From Candidatus Abyssobacteria bacterium SURF_17 (GTDB lineage Bacteria; Abyssobacteria; SURF-5), in assembly GCA_003598055.1 (NCBI GenBank), contig QZKI01000121.1, positions 7,102 to 71,101 on the forward strand: 64,000 nt of DNA, written 5' to 3'. Each line of letters starts with the position of its first letter. Position 1 is the first letter of the stretch. Under the pieces are notes generated by a model. That model was not told the origin of the DNA. It was given only the letters and a program-made list of their open reading frames with translations, and made no database searches. Both the position numbers and the translations under genes were made by a program. Below, piece by piece: positions 58,308-64,000 of this stretch.

Positions 58308-59467
58308 TGCCGGCCTTCCTCTGTCACTACGATATCTGCATCGGCGGGCATTCCCGGCTTCAGTTCCATATTTGGATTCGGGATATCAATCTTGATGCGA
58401 TACACGAGCTTCACGCGTTCTTTCTCTGTTTGAACGTTCTTTGGCGTGAATTCCGCCTCCGACGCAATGAAGGAGACATACCCCTGATACACTTTATCCG
58501 GATACGTATCGGCCGTCACGCGCACAGGCTGGCCGACCTTCACCCGGCCAAGGTCGCTTTCATTGACGTATGCCCGCAGCCATACATTCTGAAGGTCTCC
58601 AACCGTGACAACCGGCGTGCCGGAGGCGACATACTCCCCCGCCTCGACATTCTCGGAAAGCACAACGCCGGAAAGCGGCGATACAAGAGAGGCATAGCCC
58701 AAGCGCGTCTCAGCGAGCCCGAGCGTTTGTCTCGCTTGTTCAACTCGGGCGCGCGCTTGCTCGATGGTCTCCTCACGCGGCCCTTTCTTTACCAGTAGAT
58801 ATCGCTCGTTCACTTCCGCCAGCGCCGCGCGCGCCTGCTCGATTTCCTCCGCACGCGGCCCTTCCCGCACGAGTTCCAGATGCTCGTTCGTTTCCTTCAA
58901 CCTTGCCGAAGCGACCTCATGAGAAGCCATGGCAAGGTCGAACTGCTGGGCAGCAATAATCCCATTGTCGTGGAGATACTTCTGCCGCTCGAACTCGGCC
59001 TTCTGGCGCTCTGCCTCCGCTCTGGCTTGTCGCACCGTGGCTTCCGCCACGGCGACCTCCTGCGCCCTTGAGCCGGCGAGCAGTTCATCGAGTCGCGCTC
59101 GGGCTCTTCGGGCGGAGGCCTCAGCCTGGGCTATTTCCTCGGGCCGCGACCCGGCCTCGAACTCGGCGAGCTGCGCCTTAGCCGCCTGCAATTCGGCTTT
59201 GCGCACACCTGTCTCGCGCTCAAGCTCAGCGCTGTCCAGTTGAGCCACGCGCTGACCCGCATATATGGTTTGCCCTTCAGATACGAGTCGGGACTCGACC
59301 CTGCCCGGGATTTTGAAACTCACTTCTGCGTCCGTCACCTCGATATTGCCGGATACCCGGATCACACCGACCTCGTCATCCGACCTGGTGAGATATCGCG
59401 TGGAAATGATCAAGCCGACGATAATCAAGGGCACCAAGACAATGAGTTTTCTCTTCCTTGGTATCAT
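58304..59467 (-). CDS. HlyD-family periplasmic adaptor (YbhG-like)
   Basis: SGNIE, coiled-coil GSRxEEI repeats, AEFTPKNVQT, LKPGMPAD. Confidence 0.92.
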   Translation of the reverse strand: MIPRKRKLIVLVPLIIVGLIISTRYLTRSDDEVGVIRVSGNIEVTDAEVSFKIPGRVESRLVSEGQTIYAGQRVAQLDSAELERETGVRKAELQAAKAQLAEFEAGSRPEEIAQAEASARRARARLDELLAGSRAQEVAVAEATVRQARAEAERQKAEFERQKYLHDNGIIAAQQFDLAMASHEVASARLKETNEHLELVREGPRAEEIEQARAALAEVNERYLLVKKGPREETIEQARARVEQARQTLGLAETRLGYASLVSPLSGVVLSENVEAGEYVASGTPVVTVGDLQNVWLRAYVNESDLGRVKVGQPVRVTADTYPDKVYQGYVSFIASEAEFTPKNVQTEKERVKLVYRIKIDIPNPNMELKPGMPADADIVVTEEGRQ

Positions 59468-59483
59468 GATCGCACCTCCCTTC

Positions 59484-59503
59484 ATGTGAATACTCATTCA
59501 CAT
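59484..59503. promoter_or_regulatory. Putative TetR operator (internal copy)
   Basis: ATGTGAAT-actc-ATTCACAT palindrome next to the adaptor gene RBS. Confidence 0.7.
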
Positions 59504-59573
59504 TTCGCTCACAATAAACCGCCTCGCAAAGCTTCCCTCGTGACCTCAGCCGCGTTGGGTTGCTTAAAGCACA

Positions 59574-60212
59574 TCAGTGCTCATGAGCAACTTCTTTGGC
59601 AGCCTCCCCGGCAGGTTCGTGATGCACTGCGGAAGTGGTCGCATCGAGATGCAGCCGCTCGACGTAATGGACGAACTCGACGTAAGCCGCCACAAATTCG
59701 CGCCCGGCCTTAACGCTTTCCGATGCGGTCTTTTTCTTTTCGAGAGCCTTATGAAATCGCACCTGAATGCCTGTCACCACTTCATTCGTAAGCATGACCA
59801 CGACTGAGTCAATTTCACCGGTTTCGAGCGCTTTATCGGCGCCCACGACTGCGGGTCCAAGGTTTAGGCCGGCGGGTTTCAAGCCTGTATATGGTGCTCC
59901 CTCACCCGCCCGGTGAATCCGAACGAGCGTCTCAAAGAAATACATGTCAGCAAGCTGTTTCGCTTCCGGCCCCTTGGTCCGTACGACCAGCGTTTTTTCA
60001 AACGCATCACGAATTTCCGCCTCGTGCTCCGGTTTCACCCACTTGAGGACGGGCGTGACATCCTTTTGCTCCAGTGCCGCTTTGGCCTCAGCTACGACAG
60101 GGCCGTCAAGCGTGTCACAATGCGCAAACGCTGCCTCCGACAGAAAGAGTCCAAACGCCGTGCCGACACAAGCGATTGCCAAAATGCTGATAAAACCAAT
60201 CCGTACGTTCAT
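59574..60212 (-). CDS. DUF6448-like exported protein with His-rich tail
   Basis: Signal peptide AFA|HCDTLDGPVV, FFETLVRIHRAGEGAPYTGLKP, C-terminal HHE...HEH. Confidence 0.8.
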   Translation of the reverse strand: MNVRIGFISILAIACVGTAFGLFLSEAAFAHCDTLDGPVVAEAKAALEQKDVTPVLKWVKPEHEAEIRDAFEKTLVVRTKGPEAKQLADMYFFETLVRIHRAGEGAPYTGLKPAGLNLGPAVVGADKALETGEIDSVVVMLTNEVVTGIQVRFHKALEKKKTASESVKAGREFVAAYVEFVHYVERLHLDATTSAVHHEPAGEAAKEVAHEH

Positions 60213-60228
60213 CCTAGTCCTCCTTCGT

Positions 60229-60870
60229 TCAGTTTCTGCGTGCCGAGTCATGAGTCCCATCACATGGTCCAACTTTCGCTTGAATCGCATCATGAAACAA
60301 CTTCCACGCCTTCTCCCCATGCTTCGTTACATCGAACGCGCCATCGCTCATTTGCCAGAGGATGGCCGCGGGTTGAATCATGCCGAGGAACATCATGGAA
60401 ACAGTCGCCGGTTCGACATCCGGGCGGATTACACCTTGCTCCTGCCCCTGAGCCACAATTTCGGCTATCTTCGCGAGGTATCGCTGAATCATATCGTACA
60501 AGCGTCTCCTCCTGGCGGGATTGTCAGCATGGGCATCTTCCGAGAACACGACACGAATTGCCCCCTGATTCTCACGGATAAATATGATATGCAACTTCAG
60601 AAGGAGATTCAACCGCTCAAGGGCATCCGTGCTTTGCTCGCACACAGCCTTCACATTCTCCAGGAGTCGGTCTCCAATGAGGTCGAGCACAGCATCAAGG
60701 ATTTCGTCCTTGCTCGCGAAATGACGATAGAGAGCCGAGGGGACCAGACCGATTGTCCGAGCCACGCGGCCCATGCTGAGTTTCTTGATGCCGTGGGTCG
60801 CGATTAGCCCGAATGCCACCTGTGCGATCTGCTCCTTGCGTATCTCTGTGGTGAGTTTTTCGGTGCTCAT
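60229..60870 (-). CDS. TetR/AcrR family transcriptional regulator
   Basis: RKEQI...SALYRHFASKDEI HTH; AAGGAG RBS. Confidence 0.93.
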   Translation of the reverse strand: MSTEKLTTEIRKEQIAQVAFGLIATHGIKKLSMGRVARTIGLVPSALYRHFASKDEILDAVLDLIGDRLLENVKAVCEQSTDALERLNLLLKLHIIFIRENQGAIRVVFSEDAHADNPARRRRLYDMIQRYLAKIAEIVAQGQEQGVIRPDVEPATVSMMFLGMIQPAAILWQMSDGAFDVTKHGEKAWKLFHDAIQAKVGPCDGTHDSARRN

Positions 60871-60882
60871 GATGCTCTCCTT

Positions 60883-60928
60883 TGTGAATGCCTATTCACA
60901 CTATAGCACACCTTTGAGGAATTGTCAA
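60883..60928 (-). promoter_or_regulatory. Sigma70 promoter with overlapping TetR operator
   Basis: Minus strand TTGACA-17 bp-TATAGT (60928-60900); palindrome TGTGAAT-gcct-ATTCACA at 60883-60900. Confidence 0.75.
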
Positions 60929-61166
60929 GAGACAAAGGCATAATTTCCCGAGCACCTATAACAAATTTGCTGGTAATTAGTTACATAGGTCTAATGTTGT
61001 CGATAATAGATTAGAATATGAGCCTACTCCTTATGTTTTGCTGCCTTACCATGTGCATACAAAATCACATTATCTATCGGATGACTGAGAAAGAGCCTCT
61101 TTGACAAGGCAAACCAGAAAAGCATGAGAGAGGCAAGAAACAGCTGCTCATGGGTGTGAGCAGAAC

Positions 61167-61511
61167 TCATCCCGATTTGGCAATGAGTTTCTTGAGGAGA
61201 AAGCGGTGACAGCGGTTTCCCTCCCGACAACTACAGAGAAGTGTGATCGTCTCTTTGTTGGCACGCTCGGCAAGCTCTGCGATTTTGCCCTGTTGCTCCC
61301 GCATCGCCGTTCGGTATCGCTTCGAGAATTCGGCCCACGTGATAGCCCCACTCTTCCAGTCCTTGATGAGGTCTTTCGGAGCGCCGAGTTCCTTTTCCCA
61401 TCCGTCGACTCTATCTTTACGGACGCCACGCGGCCAGAAACGCATGACAAGAAGGCGGAACCCATCGTCCGGTTCCGCCTCGTCATAAACACATTTCGTC
61501 TTTACGGACAT
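61167..61511 (-). CDS. DUF488 (YeaO-like) protein
   Basis: DDGFRLLVMRFWPRGVRK, W.KELGAP, ITLLC...CHR. Confidence 0.88.
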   Translation of the reverse strand: MSVKTKCVYDEAEPDDGFRLLVMRFWPRGVRKDRVDGWEKELGAPKDLIKDWKSGAITWAEFSKRYRTAMREQQGKIAELAERANKETITLLCSCREGNRCHRFLLKKLIAKSG

Positions 61512-61635
61512 TGAGAAAACCTTGCCTTAACGAAATTTTGGGTTTTCGATTGTGGGTTTCGGATTGTGGTTCCGGATAGATTACTTCCTGCGTGTGGTCA
61601 ATGACCTCTAACTTCAGTATACAGTTTCTCCTACG

Positions 61636-62673
61636 TTACTTCACATACGCATACACCGGGATTTCGAGGAGCTTCTGTTCGCGGTCGTTCGTCTCGACGA
61701 GCAGCTTGCCGGAGAATGCGCCTTTGGGCGGCTTTGACGTGAGCGAGACGGTCACCTGATACCTGTTTAGCGTCCCTTCCCTGCTGATCTTGTATGAGAT
61801 AAGCGGGTTCGATGCTTCCACTTTGGTCAGCTCGAAATTCGACGTGTCGGTTGAGTAGATACGTATGCTTCGCGTCGGCACCACGTCGTGCTCGATGACT
61901 CCCAGCGAAACGGAATCAGGAACGGCTTTGACCGCCCCGACAACCTTCCCCCTCAACGCCACCTCCAGTCTCTTATGATTCGGCTGATTGGTCTCGACAA
62001 TAAGCCTTTCAATGAAGTTGCCTACCGGAAGGCTCCCGTCATATTTGATGTCGATGTCGTAGCCCGGAAATTCCGCGTCCGCTTTAGGCCGGGCGGAAGC
62101 CGTGAACGCTGGCGCAGTGGTGTGCAGATTCTCGATTTTCAGCTTCAGGTCAGGTTGATAGAAAATCTGAATAGTCCGCATCGAGGCCATGTTCTTCTCA
62201 GCAACCCAATAGAGCGTGCGCGGTCTGACCTCCAGGGGCACGACCACCTTCGCGGAAATGTGCAACTCCGTTGAGGGCATCTTGGGGTCATTGGAATGCA
62301 CGAAGATTGATTTTTTCTTTTCGCCGCCGGAAGCGCCCGAGCTGAAGGTTACCTCGATATTGCCTTCTTCACCCGGCGCAAGCTCTTTCTTGGATAGCAG
62401 TGTGCCGGTGCAGCCGCAGGTAGCTTTTACGTCATTTATGATGAGCGTAGCATCGCCGGCATTCTTGAACGTGAACGTGTGCTTCGCTGTCTCCTGCTGG
62501 CCCATTGTTCCGAAGTCATGCTCAGTTTCGGCAAAGACGATTTGCGGCGATTTTCCGGTTTGCTGCTGGGTATTCTCCGATTGGGAAAACGCGGGGAGAA
62601 CACCTATAATCGTGCACAGAACAATTGCCAACGCCCATGCGCCCTTGGACAGAATGAAAGAACGTTTCATCAC
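61636..62673 (-). CDS. Exported DUF1573 domain protein
   Basis: Signal peptide; HDFG...FTFKNAG...VKATCGCT...LAPGE; repeated Ig-like units. Confidence 0.85.
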   Translation of the reverse strand: MMKRSFILSKGAWALAIVLCTIIGVLPAFSQSENTQQQTGKSPQIVFAETEHDFGTMGQQETAKHTFTFKNAGDATLIINDVKATCGCTGTLLSKKELAPGEEGNIEVTFSSGASGGEKKKSIFVHSNDPKMPSTELHISAKVVVPLEVRPRTLYWVAEKNMASMRTIQIFYQPDLKLKIENLHTTAPAFTASARPKADAEFPGYDIDIKYDGSLPVGNFIERLIVETNQPNHKRLEVALRGKVVGAVKAVPDSVSLGVIEHDVVPTRSIRIYSTDTSNFELTKVEASNPLISYKISREGTLNRYQVTVSLTSKPPKGAFSGKLLVETNDREQKLLEIPVYAYVK

Positions 62674-62693
62674 TAAACCCCTCCTTGAACGAG

Positions 62694-63470
62694 TTACCGA
62701 TTTGGGCGGACCTGCCTTTTCACTGTCCGCCTCTGCTGCTCTGCGATATATCGCAAGATCCTATCTATACCTTTCTTATACTCGATTTCTGAATCCACCT
62801 CGATGAATTGCACGCCGAAAAAGGCTTCACGAGCCTTTGGCAAACGAAGGCTGAAACAGATTCGACCGAGAAGCGTCACGACTTCGTCATCCGATGGAAT
62901 CTGAAACGACATTCGCACGCGCGTGCCCAGCCCAAGGAGCAAACTCTTGCCCTCAGGCATGCGAAAACCAAGCCCGCCCCCGCCGATGTCCGTCAGAGAC
63001 CCCTTTGCGCGCGCCCGAATCCTCTTTCCGCGTTCATCTCCCGCCAGGATGGCCAACTTGACTTCTCGCGGAGCTTGGTTCGTGACCGACACCCGGTAGA
63101 AGCTCCTCTTTTCTCCAGATGACACACTGTCGGGAATATCGAGCCTAAGAGACGGTACGATGACCGCAGGATTCAATCTGAATTTTCCGCGGCCAGCCAC
63201 TTCACTCTCGAAGGAACGGTTCTGACCGTTGTGGACAAACGAAACTCTCACCTTCTGCCCGGGCCGAAGAGGAACAATGCTGCCTTTCAACGTAGGCGCC
63301 TCAATCACAAACGTGTGGTCTTGAGCGTCTCTGTCGAACTCGAGGAATTTGCTCATATATTCCGACACCGAGCGCTCGCTCAGAACCCGTAACGTGAGTG
63401 AAAGGTTCTGCGAACAGGCAAATGAAAGAACCGATACCGCTTCTGCGGCTTTTTCGTTTTCTGGACTCAC
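62694..63470 (-). CDS. PilZ domain / YcgR-like c-di-GMP receptor
   Basis: RSFYR (RxxxR) and DIGGGG (DxSxxG-like) motifs; GTG start lies downstream of the predicted promoter. Confidence 0.8.
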   Translation of the reverse strand: MSPENEKAAEAVSVLSFACSQNLSLTLRVLSERSVSEYMSKFLEFDRDAQDHTFVIEAPTLKGSIVPLRPGQKVRVSFVHNGQNRSFESEVAGRGKFRLNPAVIVPSLRLDIPDSVSSGEKRSFYRVSVTNQAPREVKLAILAGDERGKRIRARAKGSLTDIGGGGLGFRMPEGKSLLLGLGTRVRMSFQIPSDDEVVTLLGRICFSLRLPKAREAFFGVQFIEVDSEIEYKKGIDRILRYIAEQQRRTVKRQVRPNR

Positions 63471-63494
63471 AACGGCATAACCTCGATACACTAA

Positions 63495-63523
63495 ATTATA
63501 GCCACTGCAGCCGGAATGTTCAA
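63495..63523 (-). promoter_or_regulatory. Sigma70 promoter
   Basis: Minus strand TTGAAC-17 bp-TATAAT. Confidence 0.6.
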
Positions 63524-63904
63524 GCAGTGCCAGTCTTGTCCGAAACAAACGATCCTAAACCGCGAAAAACTCCGTCACCATACAATCATGTTGACTTGCT
63601 TGAACAAAGAACCTCGCAGTTATGAATTGAAAAAAATTGAAATAAGCTGCACAAACCATAAGCGCTGAGGTCGCCCGCGCCCCGGCAGGAACAAAGCATG
63701 ACAGCTCAGAACCATCTGGCAGAAATTCAAGGAACGGAAGGCAAACGATACAGACGAGCACAAATTCGACGTGATGAATTCTTCCCTATGAGATCCGCTC
63801 GACTTTCACCAGGACGCGCGAATACGTTTCCCTCATTATATATGACTGGCTGCGGGCCACTGGCTCTTCACACGGACATTGCAACAATGGGTCAAGTGTG
63901 ATTT

Positions 63905-64000
63905 CTAGAGACTCCCGGCAAGCGCCTGATTGGCCGCTTTCTTGAATGAAGCAACAATGTGGTCGAGATACTCATTGCAGGGAACATGGAAGCCGACACT
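63905..64000 (-). CDS. C-terminus of a gene entering from beyond the window
   Basis: Open frame SVGFHVPCNEYLDHIVASFKKAANQALAGSL* from the window edge; family not assignable. Confidence 0.4.
   Translation of the reverse strand, partial: SVGFHVPCNEYLDHIVASFKKAANQALAGSL

Noticed and set aside
1-64000. CRISPR arrays, tRNA/rRNA genes, transposases, selenocysteine read-through
   Set aside because: None recognised by eye; the hydrogenase ORFs have no in-frame TGA. Dedicated scans were not run

Overview
Chromosomal window from an anaerobic, moderately GC-rich bacterium. HEAT-repeat and H-X9-DG-type proteins hint at a PVC/Hydrogenedentota/deltaproteobacteria-like lineage (inference only). Left to right: (1) an acyl-CoA/lipid metabolism cluster; (2) a YtrA-type GntR/ABC operon with an ABC permease-HEAT fusion; (3) an SDR, a degenerate Fe-ADH, a divergent orphan GcvPA/GcvPB pair and an ATP-NAD-kinase-like gene; (4) a decayed stress island (site-2 protease, USP, PfkB, baeRF3) carrying a 3' stub of an ATP synthase gamma gene; (5) a PEP-utilising phosphotransferase and a lipid-related cluster with a bCerS/YghO-like GNAT; (6) small Cys-rich proteins, including an unannotated 20-aa ORF; (7) a ~16-kb minus-strand [FeFe]-hydrogenase locus, probably sigma54-driven, with heavy signalling content; (8) two toxin-antitoxin pairs and an HNH nuclease; (9) a TetR-DUF6448-YbhGFSR-like efflux operon; (10) DUF488, DUF1573 and PilZ genes. 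The strongest novelty candidate ends the hydrogenase operon: a membrane GAF histidine kinase fused in frame to a full-length HydG-like radical-SAM domain. That domain keeps both Fe-S binding motifs but has lost the dangler-iron His and other conserved residues, suggesting a maturase repurposed as a sensor. Family calls come from motif recognition by eye; no database searches were run.
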